In this document: in pieces, positions 49,801-64,000 of the stretch | How the letters are laid out: each line of letters begins with the position of its first letter | Position numbering within the stretch: the first letter of the stretch is position 1 | Source of the DNA: Lama glama | Lineage: Eukaryota | Assembly (NCBI GenBank): GCA_028534125.1 | Contig: CM052817.1 | Coordinates: 88,290,001-88,354,000 of the forward strand | Direction of reading: 5' to 3' | Length of the DNA stretch: 64,000 nucleotides | Translations under genes and position numbers: made by a program | Notes under the pieces: generated by a model | Told to the model about the DNA's origin: nothing | Databases searched by the model: none | Seen by the model: only the letters and a program-made list of their open reading frames with translations

Positions 49801-50899
49801 AAGTGGGTAAATTTATGCACTGTTTCAGCTGATGATAGGTTCGATAGAAAAGAAGTGTTAAATGCTCTTAGGGATGCTCTTAGAAAGCTCTTAGGGATGG
49901 CTGGTGGTAACTCTAGAATGAGAGAGATGACCTGTCTTAGGATATGTGTCAATTCCAGTACTTTGTCCTGGACCAACAACTGTCTCTCAGGAAAAGGCAT
50001 TCTTATCCAGTCACCATTTCTGATGGGGAATGACTGGTCATTCAAGGAAGGATGGAGGGAAGGGGAGAAGGCTGTTCCTAGTAGGAAAAGATGGATTTTT
50101 TTTTCTAGATAGAATGGTTTAGGGTTCTGGCCAGAAAAGTCAGTGGAAGTTCATACAAAATACATTCTTAAAGAGTGGCATTTAAGAGTGGTGCTTCCTA
50201 AGAACTGTTTCAGTTGGCATCAGACAACACTGCATCTAACTGAATTATTCTGAGAATTCTCCTAATGCTACAAACACATATGATGCTAAATTAATGCTGC
50301 AACATTCATTGAGCTGAAGTTACTCAACTCAGGCCAAAACTGGCTACAGCTTCTAGACATACAATTGCTACAGGATCAAAGTTTAGGGCTTTCTGGGACA
50401 TCACTACCTCCCCATCCAGAACTTCTTATCTTTCTCAGCATACTGTTTCTGGATGATTTCAGGAACATCCATGGTCTCAATAAAAAAATAATTTCTGATT
50501 TTTCAAATATATATGTCCATACCCTTAAAGACCACCATTTTCTTAAATCTTATCACAGCGTTTCATTTCTATTTGCAAACCAGCCAATTTTTGTCCAGAC
50601 TTCTCTCTTTCTTATTATGTCATATTTTATATGTCTAATAGTAAGCAATTTTTACAATTATCTGACTTTTTTTAATCCCCTAAAAGTTCTTATGGAGCAG
50701 TGTTGTCAGATATTGAACTATGAAATAAAGGAATTTATCTATTTCTTTGCTTTCTGCTATAAAATGTTAATCTAATCACTCTTCCTTCCTTCTCTTTCTT
50801 TCCTTCTTTCCTCTGTTTTTTTCTTTCTGTTCTTTCCTTTACTACCTTCCTTCCTTTCTTCTGTTTTGGAGTTACATAATTTCATTTAAATATAATTTC

Positions 50900-51710
50900 T
50901 ATATATTTCAGAATAGTGCTGAAACAATTTATTTCCAAACCTTAAGTAGTATAACAACATGAAAAAAAATTTTTTTTTAATTTTCTCATGTCAAAGTCCA
51001 GTATGGGTTAGTCGGTTGAGGGGTTCTGCCCAATGCAGTTATGTAGAATTCAGGCTTATTCTGTCTTATTCCTCTTCAAAGTCCTGTCTCCTAAGCTAAT
51101 GGATGAAGAGGTGCAGTGATAGTGATGGCTGAGAGATTTACATTCTGTGATCCAATCATGGAAGTAGCAATGTCAACACCATTGACCAGAACTTAGCCAC
51201 AAATTCACAGCTAACTGCAGATGTGGTCTTGTTATCTATTACTTGCAACAAACTACCCCCAAAATTAGTGATTAGAAATAGTTTTGTTTTCCTCACAATT
51301 TTGTGTGTCAAAAATTTGGACAGGGACACTCTGTCTTTCTAGTTGTTCTCCAGACAGTATCAGCTGATAGAGGGGAATCCACCTCCATGATAGCTCACCC
51401 AGCAGCTGGTAAATTGGTACTGATGGTCTCCTGCACTGTCGGACAGGGACCCCATTTCATCTCCTTTTGGTCCTTTCAAGAATGCTTCTTGGGATTCCTC
51501 AGAGGATGGTGGCTGACTTCCAGGAAAAATGTTTCACGGGGCTAAAGAGAAGTTGCAAGGCCCTGATTAATACAGCCTGAGAAGTTACCCACTTTCTACC
51601 ACTTTCTATTTGTCAAGCAACTCACTAAGGCCAGCCCTTACTTGACAGGTAGGGGAGTAGATTCCATATCTCAATGTGAGAAGTAGCAAAATATGCCCAT
51701 TTTAACCAGA
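50900..51710 (-). mobile_element. Old MaLR LTR fragments (MLT1 family, probably two nested pieces)
   Basis: 'acaaactacccccaaaattagtgatt..ctcacaattttgtgtgtcaaaaatttggacaggg', 'tttctatttgtcaagcaactcactaaggccagccc', 'attgaccagaacttagccaca'. Confidence 0.7.
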
Positions 51711-52290
51711 GGAGGGTAGAAAATTTAGTTTAGTGGTAAGCCCAGGGTTGAAATCAAAACTTGTACTGGTAAGAACAAGATAGGATAGAGAAGAAAATGT
51801 TACTGTCATCTAATTACATATATTCCACATTGACTACTTGACATTTATACTTTGAAAATTGAAAAGGGTTCTATTCAACATATATAAATCCTGAATTCCC
51901 TCAGTATCCCTTATTGCAAAGCCGGAAATGTGGGAGCCATCCTGGACTCATCATTTTTCTTAATTCCCTATGTCCATGCCAATTCTAAGAGCTGAAAATA
52001 CTATTATTGCTTTAAGTCTTACATCTTTCGTACTTTGTGACTCTGTTCTCATGAGTCTAGCTGCTAAGGCTAAATTTTGTACAGGCCAAAAAAAGTTTTC
52101 TCCTGGATTATTGAAAAAGCCTCCCAACTGATGTATCAGCATTTAGATTTCTCATATTCTTATCAATTCACCAAACTGGAACTATATTCAGAGAGATTTT
52201 TTTTAAACTCAAATCTGATAATGTTGAAACTCTGTTTAGATATTCTATTAGCTCCTCATTTCTATGAAAATGAAACACAAGTTACTTAAC

Positions 52291-52931
52291 TGTGGGTTGT
52301 GGCCAGCAGAAGTCCCACCGAGACAGAATGAATTACTCAAGACTCTGTGGAAGAAGTCAAGAGAGCGAGAGGGAGCAGGAGCCAACTCCACTAGCCTCTC
52401 AAATGCTCCCATATTTATTCTGTATAATTAAAGGAGGAATCACTAACAGTTGTGTGATGGAATGCAGGAATTTAGGGAAGGACAGGGCGGGATCACGAGT
52501 ACAAAGGCTTTGTTTATTGTTGGTGTCTGGCTCAAGGTCAGAAGACCCTTCATGTTTTGGTAAATGATGTTCCTGTTGAGCCTTTCAGCTTATCAGGGTG
52601 GAACATATGAGAATCAGCTGCTTAACAAGATTTTTCTTGGACTCAGGCGGCTGTGCCTGTCTTAGGTTGCCCCCCTCAGGGGATAACCAGCCTTCTCACC
52701 TCTGAGTCTGCAGCTTTTTATAACTTGTTTAGCATTCCAACCCAAGACTGTTTTGGGGATAGAAGACTGTCTAACAGCAGGCACGCCCATCGTTTATAGC
52801 CTAGGGCCTGGGTCATTACTTTGCAATGAGCAGAGTGCTATCTAAAACCTACTAAGCACATTTGCTCTTCTTTAAGGAGATAAGCAGCTGGTGTCTGTTA
52901 CAATTTGTTAACCCAATCATGGACTCCCACA
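52291..52931 (-). mobile_element. Solo LTR, class II (ERVK/betaretrovirus-like)
   Basis: 641 bp, inverted termini TGTGGG...CCCACA, exact 6-bp TSD CTTAAC (52285-52290, 52932-52937), AATAAA on the minus strand at about 52414. Confidence 0.85.
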
Positions 52932-53249
52932 CTTAACCTGGGCTAGAATGTCTGTCTGGATCCAGTCTCTGCTGTTCTCCTGAACTCCATGATGTAATTC
53001 TCCCTACACACTCTGGACTTCCTCCACACTCACCTCCATCACTTCTGTTAAGTGCTGTCATCTTTCTGGTTGCTGTCCTTTGCCCATTCTTCTCCCTCTG
53101 CCTGATTTATTCTTCCCATGCTTTCTATGATTTACTCCTACTTCTTGTTAAAATTTCGTCCTAGATATTATCACTTACGAAATTTTATTTCCTCCCCAAA
53201 GTAACCCTTAACATTTTCTTTCTTGACCTATCTTAGTGAATTCGATCTA

Positions 53250-53385
53250 CTGTTTCTAAGAGTCAGCTCTGAGTTGTATGTGATCAGGAAACACACCCTG
53301 CTTCCTATAATATCCTTACGTCTTCTACATTCTTATTAACATGTGGAAAAATTCAATAAATGTTTGTAAATATATGAATGAATGA
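53250..53385 (+). mobile_element. L2 3' end
   Basis: 'ttcaataaatgtttgtaaatatatgaatgaatga'. Confidence 0.55.
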
Positions 53386-54182
53386 GGGAATACAATCTTC
53401 CATGTGAAGCCATTTTCACCTGACTTTAAGTAAATGGTTATCAGTTTCAGGTTTTCAGGGGTGTTGTAAAATTCTTTATTTGGAAAGGAATCCTAGTTAA
53501 TAGGTGTATTTCAAAATTTTTATTTTCAGAAGAGTGTGGGTATTTCCCCCCAAGTTTTATTCTTATAGTTGAGAAGAGGAAAAGGCCAGTGTTGGGGAAC
53601 ACTTGATTAGAGAGAGAGAATATTTGATAGGCAGTGGCTTCATCATCAAAACGGCTCGGACCAGTCACTACGGTAGTTCGCATACTTATGAGGGAGTCTA
53701 AATCCTTTTCCTTGTGTGAATACGCAGTAAGAAGTATGGATTATGAACGTGACTGAAGTCCGACTGTGACATCATTTCAGTTGCTCAGGTGTTATAAATT
53801 TGGGGGGTTTTGAGTCTACATGGCATTTATGATTAGTCCTCTTAGACTTTTACTAGTTTTTTTTTTTTTAACCTTAGATTTTCACCCAGATTTCTCAAAT
53901 CCAAACTGCCTGTCAAATAGGGTAAGCTGATACAGCTCTGAGTAACATGTCTAGTGATCTGGAGGAGGATAACATTGATGGACTCCTGTGCTTAGAAAGT
54001 TGGTTTCATAACCCAAAGATCTTTCTCCAGTCTTTTTATTTTCTCTAAAAATATCTATCTTCCCTTACTTTTGTTTATACTTTATTGAAACACATTATAA
54101 ACAAATATAATTAAGAATATTAAACAACAATTTGACTAGACTAAGTTTGGGTGTTCATTTATATCACTGTATTAAAAGGATA

Positions 54183-54453
54183 TCACAGAAAACAAACTTA
54201 TGGTTACCAAAGGGAAGGGGCAGGGAGGGAATAAAATGGGAGTTTGGGATTAGCTGATACAAAATACTATATGCAGAATAGATAATCAACAAGGTCCTAC
54301 TGTATAGCACAGGGATCTATATTCAATACATTGTAATAACTTATAATAGTGAATAATATGAAAAAAGAATATATATGTATAATTGAATCACTATGATGTA
54401 TACCAGAAACTAACACAACATTGTAAATTAACTATACTTCAATAAAAAAAAAA
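54183..54453 (+). mobile_element. L1 3'-UTR fragment with poly-A (artiodactyl-type)
   Basis: 'aacaaacttatggttaccaaagggaa..aacaaggtcctactgtatagcacaggga..aaactaacacaacattgtaaattaactatacttcaataaaaaaa'. Possible AAAAGGA TSD. Confidence 0.88.
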
Positions 54454-54479
54454 GGACAGTTGGAAAAGATTTAAAAAAA

Positions 54480-54702
54480 AAGATGTCATATTGAACAACA
54501 CGGATTTGAACTGCATGGGTCCACTTTTGAATGGATCCATATGACAGTACTGCACGATCCACAGTTGGTTGAACCCTAGGTTGCTTGAATCTGTAGATGT
54601 TAAACTGCTGATACCTGAGGGCTGACTGTAAAGTTATAGGGGGATTTTCGACTGCATGGGAATCAGAGCCCTTAAGCCCCACACTTTTCAAAGGCCAACT
54701 GT
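54480..54702 (+). mobile_element. Tigger2a-like MITE (TcMar-Tigger)
   Basis: 'ttgaacaacacggatttgaactgcatgggtccactt...ggattttcgactgc..ttcaaaggccaactgta'. Confidence 0.8.
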
Positions 54703-55159
54703 ACTGGTCTCAAAATACATATAAAGACATTATATCTCGTATTGAACTTCTTAATATCAGCTCATTGTGAATGTATAGATACACTAAGTTATTTTGTATT
54801 TAATCTTAATTTATATAGCCAAATTATTCATTTTTAACTAGTGTTAAAAATATACAAGATATTGTTATTTCCACATATCTAGTCTCATTTTATTACACTA
54901 TTAAAATAGTATGTCTTTCAATCAGAAAAGGAAGTTCATATAGTATCTGTGTCTTAGTTGCAACTCATTTGTTATTGTGAGTACTTCTTTTTAAAAAATC
55001 CACTTTAAGTAAGTAGGAATGTTTTCTAAGATATAAGGAATTTATTGTATTAATAATTTAAAAAAGTGGTTAGAAGCTCTCTCAAATAAACATCAAATAT
55101 AGTATTAGAAAATTGAATATATAAAGGTTTTTGATAAAATGAAAAGTTAAAAATATTTA

Positions 55160-55612
55160 GTTTTTTACTGAAGTATAGTTGATTTACAATATTCTGTTAA
55201 AGGTGTACAACAAAATGATTCAGTTATATATATATTTTTCAGATTATTTTCCATTATAAGTTTTATAAGATAATGAATATAGTTTCTGTGCTATTCAGTA
55301 AATCTTTGTTGCTTATCTATTTTATATATAGCAGTTTATGTCTGTTAATCCCATGCTCCCAATTTATCCCTCCTCCCTTCCCTTTCCCCTTTGGTAACCA
55401 TAAGTTTGTTTTCTATGTCTCTGAATCTATTACTGTTTTGTATGTAGATTCGTTTGTATCATTTTTTTTTAGATTCCACATATAAGCAATATCATATAAT
55501 ACTTGTCTTTGACTTACTTCACTTAGTATATTTTCTGGGTCCATCCATGTTGCCACAAATGACAGTATTTCATTCTTTTTTATGGCTGAGTAATATTCCA
55601 TTGTGTATATAT
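55160..55612 (-). mobile_element. L1 3' fragment
   Basis: 'ttttttactgaagtatagttgatttacaat'. Peptide MEYYSAIKKNEILSFVATWMD. Confidence 0.9.
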
Positions 55613-56189
55613 GTCATGGCTGCCTTTATTAATCTCAAAACCCATTTGATGTCACTTAGATTTTTAAAGACATTTGCTAAATATTTATAATTATTTTATT
55701 ATCACATTTAATTCTCCTCCCATTTCCAGTCCATGTACAGAATTTAGAAATATATTTAAAAAATCTAAGGCCTGGCTCCCTAGGTCTGCTATCTACCTTG
55801 TTTGATGCAATTTCCTTCTTTCAATAAGCTAGAAATTTAGGTAATGTCAGAGACGTACTCTTTTTAAAATTAAAAAAAATTCTTTAATTGCTTCCATTTG
55901 CACTTTAAAATGACATATAAATACTTTATCATGGCCTTTAAAAAAAAAATTCTGGATATCCCAAGCTCTGAGCTTTTCCACATGTAGTTTACTCAATTTT
56001 TAACTTTTTCCCCTGTCTTTCCAGAATTACAATTCATTCAGATCTAAATTTAAAAAGCACTTCTTTAGGAAGTTCCTCTCAGGACCTATGTCTACCATGT
56101 TTCCAGGTTTCATATCATTGCCTGGTATATAGATATTCATTAAATACTTTCAAATAAGGACATTTAGGTGCAAGCACTTGCTTACCGAG

Positions 56190-56900
56190 AATAGGGTGAT
56201 GGTAGCCATCTTCCCTGGTGCAGACAGTAAGAGGATGCAGAATCTGCACATAATTAAAAAACAATAATAAAGCCAACTAAATATCTATCTGGTTTTTAGA
56301 ATCACTTTATATAAACAACTATAAGCAACTTTGATAATGGGATTCTCCATAGGAAGTTTTTCTAACGATCCAAGTTGTAAGTAACTGTTGTGGTTACTGT
56401 TGAATTTTAATAATATACACGTAACCTCAAGCTAGTAATATTTCTTACTCTTAGATAAACATTGCATTCTAGAAGGAAGTTAATTGGTAGAATTCCCATT
56501 TATGTAGTCATCCCCACCACACCAAAAAAACTACAGATAATTATTTCAAAAGTAACTTTGCAATGATTTAGAACATTCAGGTTTACTTTGAGTATACATC
56601 TTGTCTCCAGCCTCTATGGCACTTTAGTAGTCTTGGAATAAACACAGGGATTGTGTGCATAAAGTAACAGAATATAATATACTTCACTTCTCTTATTCTA
56701 CATGACTATTGGGATTTTTATTAATGTTTAATATTTAAAATGGTAAAGATTCAAAGTAAGGTATATTTTTTTCTTAAACTAATGTGATTGAAGGTGTCAT
56801 TTGATTACTTTTTTCTTTTATATTATCACATTTGTTTTTATTTTTACTTAAAATTAGTGGCTCTATTATAAAAAGTTCAAGAAGGAAAATTTTCACTGTT
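56190..56900 (+). mobile_element. Ancient hAT-like DNA transposon relic (subfamily uncertain)
   Basis: 'ggtgcagacagtaagaggatgca..aaaaacaataataaagccaactaaa..tctggttttt' resembles a recalled hAT-Tip100-group consensus. Confidence 0.35.
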
Positions 56901-57399
56901 TGCATTTCTTTTCACACTATTATTAATATACTTACTTAACTTTATTTAACAAAAATAATTTTTTTCTATGTTTTCTATAGAGGAAGTGGGTTTGAAAAGA
57001 TGATCTGCTCTGAATTTTGCTGTTATTATACCTTGGGAATGGCACCTAACTTTTTTGCTCCTCATATGATCAACTGTATAACATAGCTACTAAATATTTT
57101 GCCTTCTTTCCAAAAGTATCGTGGAAATCAGTTGAGTCAAAGAATTTAAAAACTATGTAAATGCTGTACCATTAAACAAATTTAATGGACTTCGGAGCTC
57201 TTAGCCCTCCCCATATCAATGAGCACGCCAGCATTCTTAAACAGTATGCCTTTCTCTCCTGAGAATGGAGGAGACATACGTGGTCTGTTGCTTGTGACAT
57301 GTAAATATCAACCTGCTTTATTCGAGGGGTTGTATTACTTATTGAATTGAAAATGTGGATGCAGAATATCGTACTGTTTAAGATACATGCTTCTCACTC

Positions 57400-57600
57400 A
57401 CAAACCAGAGTTTGCTCACCTTCCACCTACTAGCTTTGTAATGGAGATTTTATCTAACAGTTTTTGTCTCTATTTCTTCATTTGTTTAGGGAGATATAAA
57501 TAATACCTACCTTGCATGCTTGTTTTGGTGATTAAACAAGCTCAGGCATATAAAGTATTGACATAGAATGACAATTCATCAACGGTTCATGTGATTTTCA
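57400..57600 (+). mobile_element. MIR
   Basis: 'ttccacctactagctttgta..tttcttcatttgttt..aataatacctaccttgcat..gattaaa'. Confidence 0.65.
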
Positions 57601-60600
57601 TTTCTAGCAACTGTTATTATCAACATGATTTTAAAAATGAAAATGTGTTAGGGAAGTGGATACCAAAAGCAGCATGTATCAATACACAGGGAATTAGTCT
57701 GAATCATTGGTGTGATTCTTGATCTGTCATAATTGTATTTCACCTCAAAAAAAAAAAAAGCTTGAAGGGGAAAAAAAGCATACACTGAATCACAAATTCA
57801 GTCTATTCCAGTATTATCATTGGACAACCATGAATATAAAATTGTACTTATACGTTAAATGTTTGGCTATTAAAAGGAATTGTATGTGCATATGCATACA
57901 TTTCTAGGTATGGAAAGAATATTTAAACTTGGAGTATGTATTTCAGCACTTGCTTTTTAATAATAACATGAAATGCTTTTATTTTATGAGTAAGATGAAC
58001 TGAAATGTGATACACAAGTTTGTAATCTTTGTTCTCTGAATAAAGGATAAACTTATAGTTTATTCAGAGATTATATGACATTACTTTTTAGCTTTGAGTA
58101 ATATTATAGAACATAAAATAAACAGTGTTTCCCGGAAGATAGGTCTGTAAAATTAGTCTGGGATTTCTCGTAAAATTTGGAAGTGTGTACAGAGAATCAA
58201 AAAGGCTGTGCTCATCTTCTGGACTTAAATATATAAGCTCTCTGGAAATTGGTGTTTGATTTCATAAAATGGAAATAATCATCTTTTCCAATTTCCTTAG
58301 AAAAACTCTAAGCAAGTAAAATATTTTAACACATTTTTAGTAAGGTTAAAAGGACAGCCGAACCCTAGTTTTAATATTCCAGGCAATATAGCATTAAGGA
58401 AATTTGACTATCTCTAAATTTACAAACTAAGCATCACCTTTTTTCCCCCCTGAATTCCTTACATTATTATATTGTAAATCCACAGAGTAATAATTTATAA
58501 CCTTATGCAGATTTTAAATAGTAAAATTAGCCTTCGTCTGTCGTGTTTTTTTAAGTGAGTAGGTGTCCTGAAGATAGACATTGCTATATAACAACAGGGC
58601 AAGTTGTAAAACTTTTAGGTTATTTCACACATTTGTTGATAACAGATTAATGTTTCTCACTTGGCTCTTGATTTAGTCTCTAATACAGTCAGGCACAATG
58701 CTGTGCAGCTTGGACCACCACATGAAGATGCTACAGAACATCACAGCAGCATCTGCTATTATTATGAGTCAGAGAGCGAGGATAGGGTCTTCAGTAGCAG
58801 GCTTCATAGAAGCCAGCGTTTTGTATTTAACGATGATAGATGATAATAAAAGAAGTAAAAATTGTGTTTTGTATCATTATTAGTTGTTACCCATAGACTC
58901 TCAGTCAGGGGTATGTGTGTGGGTTTGGGTCATGAATTTCTGGGCCCCTTTGCTGTACTTGACAAGTGAATTCCTTTAATACGTGAATACTTAAAGCTCC
59001 ACTAAATGCACAAAAATGCCTAAAAGAGGGAACTATTCTAGGATAGTGCCTTTGTGATCATGTAAAGATTAAAAACAGAAATGAAAAACCTTACTTTTTT
59101 GAACATTCTGTGAAATGTATGCTAGACCAGCTTAAGTGTTTCATTGTATGCACAAGTAACCCTGTACCCATTAAACGATTTTGCTAAAATAAAAAATATG
59201 TATTTGAGATGAAAAAGGGACTAAATAGTAGGATAATCTTAATGGAATGAATTATTTCAGAGTATAATTTGGTAACTATTTAGATGTATGTAACGTAATG
59301 TTTAACAACCATACACGTTTGCATCTAGAATATCTAGTTAATCATTTTTACAGTGTTCACAATGACAGTTATGACGATCCCTCTTCATCCTTGAAGATAA
59401 ATTGCTTACTTTTTCAGGTAGGGTCAGTTATTCTGTCTGATTCACTTTTATTTTCTGGTTACAGAAGATGAATCTTGATTCTCGTGTATTTGACCTGTGT
59501 TTTCTTTTCACTCCCTTTATGTCAGAAACGCCGGACTGTGCAATCAGTCTTTAGCATTCAGTGGTTTCCTAACATACTCAGTTAGTAACAGGACACAGAA
59601 AAAGTGTTTGTGTGTTCATTAGTCACTAATAAAAATAAATCTGAATTTAGTGGAGTTTAGCCAATGTAATTTCCTAGGAAGACTGTAGTTTTAAAAGATA
59701 TATATTCACCAATAATATCCTTCAGATATCATGTCTGTATAGATGCCATGAATGGAACAAAATCATATGTGCCCCACTGTGTGGCTGAAATCAGCATGAT
59801 TTACTGTATTGTGAGACACTTTTAGTATTTTACTTTTCTAATAACTGAGCCACCTCTCAGAATGATGGCTCTTGAAAAATCCAAGCCTATTCAGCAAGAT
59901 GTTTCAAAATGTTCCCTCTTCACCTGTTAGCAACAGATCCAAAGATATCTTTACTCAGTATGCAGAAACAGTCCTTCTATTCTTTCCCTGTAGAGGGTTC
60001 CTTGTACTCCTAAAGAAGGGAGAATCTAGGGATATGTGTCTGCCTGTGAGAATTCCCTGCAGCGAGAAGGCAGTGGAGTTATATTTAACCCCACAAGCTG
60101 TCACACAGTGACTCTGTGGGGGAGAAGGCCTGCCTAGGTCTCATTGTGAGAATCTCCTAATAGGTCTTCTGCAGCCGTAACACACAACAAAACCTGGTGT
60201 TACGAACAGCAGGAAAGTATTTTTTTTAACTTCCCCATGCCTAATTTTAAATGACAGGTCTCTTTTTCCATATTTCTTATGGAAATGTCTCACTCATTAT
60301 TTTGTAGTTTTATCACATATTCTCCCCATCGGGAACCCCATATGCCAAGATAACTGACGTCATCTCCTTGGGAAGCTCAAGGAAGACTTGAAGTTGGTGA
60401 AATTGGACAATTACAAGAAATATTTAAAAAAAAAAAAAACCTCTTACTATGGACACTACTGATATTCAACTTTCTTTAGCAAATAGGTGTACTTCCTGTA
60501 ATTCTCATTATTTTGCAAATGCCTTTCGCATCAGTCCTTCCTCCTGAATCTGTCCTTCCTGACTGCTGCTCGCACAGGTTTGGCAAAGATACTTGCAGGT

Positions 60601-62859
60601 GAAGGATCACAATGATGCCCAACAAAGATGAGGAAACTGAAAGCTTTCAAAGCTCAGTGTTTATTAGCTCAACACATGTAGTTTTTGAATTAGCATTTTA
60701 GTGCTTTTCACACTGAAATCATTTATTTCATGCACATTCTAAAACAAATCCTGTTGGAATTTTAAAATTTAAAATGATAGTTTCACATTTTTGTTATGCC
60801 CACTTTCTATTGATCACCATAGTTGTTTTTAGCCATGGTTGTATTCTAATTGTAGTAGTCAGAGATACGTATCTTAAATATTAATCATAATCGATTTTTT
60901 TATTTCTACAAGAAATGTATTTTTTCTGTCTTTTGAGGTATATGGCCTTTTCAGTTTATCTTAGGTTTTCCACACTTTTAAAGGTGCAGTATGGGAAGCC
61001 ATAGCCTGGTCTAATATTCAGTTAACAAAAAAACTCTCCGAAATAAGTTATTGAAGCATGGCTAAAAATTTCCTTTTATATATATAGGTAAGCTGTAGTC
61101 TGGATACCTCCAATCTTGCAGAACCTGCTCTTTTCTAGGTAGTTTGAATATATACCATTTTTTGAAGGTATGATTTGTTGCGACCGATGGACTCAAAACA
61201 GTGATATCCATCTATGGTGCTATTTATTGATGGTTGTAGGAGATGAAATGCCTGTATTGTAATTTAGGAGCCCATAAAGCTCTGTGTACCACTCTCCAAG
61301 AAAGTTCCATTTCTGTTCCCTCATGATGGTTATTTCTGTAGAAGAATCATTTATTTTGTAACAAAGTCTAACAAAATTTTAAGTACTATAAATCAAGCTA
61401 AGCTATCTATACATGATGTGTGCTAGACAGAGAAGACAGCATCATGATGAGTTAGGATCTGAAATGTTTGTCCCTCTAGTTTTGAATGTTATTTCAGTTC
61501 CAACTACTATAAAATTGTAAGGGTGGAGTTAGGTGAGGAGAGGTAATTTATAAGTCTCCTTTCATCTTTAAACCTAATTCTGTGAAAACATCCCTGAATA
61601 TTAATTTTAGTAACAGAGGTAGAAAAGGGAGCATGAAGGCACCCCACAATATGGTAGGTAGAGATGAGGCAAATAAATAATTTAGCTTAGGAAATCTAAA
61701 ACTCAAATCTGAGTTTTGTCTTAGTCAGACTCCATGCCTTACCCATGTTCTCTAAAGGAAGAAAAGAGAACACTTGTTCTGGATGAGATAATGTTTTTAT
61801 TTTTCTGTTTCCAGCAGCCAATCTCATGGAATTGATTTTTATTTGGCAAATAGCAAAGAAAAGTTAATTTTGTAATACATCATTCAGACCAAATGACATG
61901 TCTGACTTTATTTTATAAGAAACCGATGTAATATATTAAGAATAACACTTTATATAATTGAATATATATTTCCAAGGAGAATATCAGGTAAGTTTAATTT
62001 TTTAAACCGGTAAAACCTGGCTACTTCCCCCCCCCCCACCCGGTGACTGAAAGGGAATTGCTATAAAATGAAAATGAAGTTACATGCTTCGGAAACTTGG
62101 ATTTAACAAGGAGTGCTAAAATTCAACCTTGCATTAGTCATTATAATTTTTGACACTGTCTTAATGTGTGAAGGAAGAATTGAACTCTTGAGCTAGAAAG
62201 GGCATCGTTAAAAGACAAGATTGCCTTTCTGTATGACAGATATTAATATTAGATCATTTGCTTGGCTAGGAGCAGAGCTTGTGAGGTGTATGGAGGCCAC
62301 ACAAATTTGGTTGAGATTGAAAACCTTTCTTGCTGTATTTCTTCCTTCTTCCTCAATACTTTCCCAATGAATTAAAAGAAATATGACTGAGTATTAATTG
62401 GTTTTGCTGCTGTGGTCCACATTTGTTACAGAAAAAAGACATTCCATTGAAGTGCTTGATTCAAATAAGAGCATTCTGCCTTGTCCTGGAGGCTTTGAAG
62501 ACAAAATATTTTATGTTTTCAGAAAATCCAACTTGCATAGAACCTGAGAAATGTCCTTGTTTGTAATGTATCCCTTCCACAAATGCACATACCAGCCAGA
62601 TGTAACTCAAAACAGCCAGTTATTTTCCTTCAAAATAAAAGAAGACAATTTCGGATTTTGTGTTTTATTTTCCCCACCAGACCATTAATTAACTCAGAGG
62701 TTGAAATGAGGCATCTCAGAAAAATTATACACATTTAAGTTACAGTTAAGAAAGAAAAAAAAATAGAGGAAGAACAAAAGGAAAGAGGAGAAGGGAGTGA
62801 GTTTAAGCACATGTGTATTCACTAGCTTGTCATCGTCCCTGCAACATAGACAGAGGAGG

Positions 62860-63070
62860 ATTGCAGTTAAGGCTAATGAAGATGGAACCCAACTTCCTGA
62901 GTTCACAACCTGACTACTACTTATTAGCTGTGTAGTCTGGTGCAAGTTGTACACTGTCTCTAGGCTTCACTTTCCTTTTCTGTTATATAGAATAAAAATA
63001 GTTCCTTCCTCCTCAAGTTATATGGACTTGAGCTAATATTTCTATAGCACACAATACTACATACAGAACT
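62860..63070 (+). mobile_element. MIR
   Basis: 'cctgagttcacaacctgactactacttattagctgtgtagtctggtgcaagttg..cttcactttccttttctgt'. Confidence 0.75.
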
Positions 63071-64000
63071 TTTTAAATATAAATAACTGGTCTCTGTTGT
63101 GTCACAGACAGGTTGATATATGGTTTTTGTAACTTTCCTAGGTTATGAAGTCATTTGAATTTGTAGTTTCTAACTTAACTCTGGGTTGAAATGGCTTGGA
63201 TCTTGATGTTGGGTAAAGACATCTTCTTGATACTGCTGGTGTCTGCTGGGAGATGATTCTTTATGGGTCTCTACAAATTTCTTGAGTTAAAAAGCCTGGA
63301 GTTGCAAGTGGATGTGATGTGTTTTGAAGCAGGACAGACAGAGATTTAAAACCAAGGATCTGTGATGTCAAATCTAGAAACAACAGCTTGTAAGAGGCAC
63401 TGACCCCAGTTATCTATCTAAGAGTAACAAAATAAATTATAAAAGAATGTGCAAATGTTTGATTTCATCTGCATAGTCAGTGTTATGAAGCGCAAATACA
63501 CCGTTGAGTTTTCTCTACTCCTGGCCAGGTATTCACTTCCCACCCAGAGTGGTAGACATGACACAGAGATTCTAAAGAAGATGGCTACCTTAAAGTGTAT
63601 GTCAACCTGATCTTCAGCAATTGAACATTCAGTGATTTTAACAATGGTCATACAGTCGGAGCTCAGTAAACAGTTGCTGCTTGCATTTCTGCCTGATCTA
63701 TAAAGGCTTTAGTTTATCATCTAGTGCCTTACAACTGACTTCCTTTATTTTACATGTTGGGACAGAGGGCTTAAGATTTTCTGCCAAGAGGGAGAACTTT
63801 AAAGTTATCTGCAAATATGGAAGCCATTTTGATGCCAGTTACCAATGATCGGCCACACAGGGAATTGAGCAGACATGAAAAATGTAGAAAGGAAAATGAC
63901 AGGCTGCTATTGAGAGGGTGGGGCTCCAGATCCTCTGCTAAATGCTTCCTACGCGTTGTGGGTTGGGTGTATTACTTATGCTCTGCAGGCTCCAGCCTGA

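Noticed and set aside
49862..49899. GCTCTTAG repeated three times; similar short duplications at about 12976-13007 and 14015-14066
   Set aside because: Local slippage duplications without regular unique spacers; not a CRISPR-like array.

Overview
Mammalian non-coding DNA, most likely camelid (alpaca/llama/camel) judging by a tRNA-derived vic-1-type SINE at 892-1038. The window is AT-rich and largely made of transposon relics: L2, MIR, MaLR/ERVL LTRs, a decayed ERVL gag-pol, a MER4-group ERV1 internal region, three 5'-truncated younger L1s, solo LTRs with intact target-site duplications (TSDs) and several DNA-transposon relics. I found no intact protein-coding gene; the ORFs I could recognise are broken L1 ORF2 pieces. 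The main unexplained structure is a GC-richer block of about 6 kb (about 17.1-23.3 kb). It starts exactly at a degenerate interstitial telomeric repeat and carries an orphan CpG island with candidate splice signals. Small CpG-retaining patches at about 4.7 and 41.0 kb share an inverted 10-mer. I cannot support a claim of a new biological system. Repeat subfamily names come from recalled consensus resemblance, and boundaries without a TSD are approximate.
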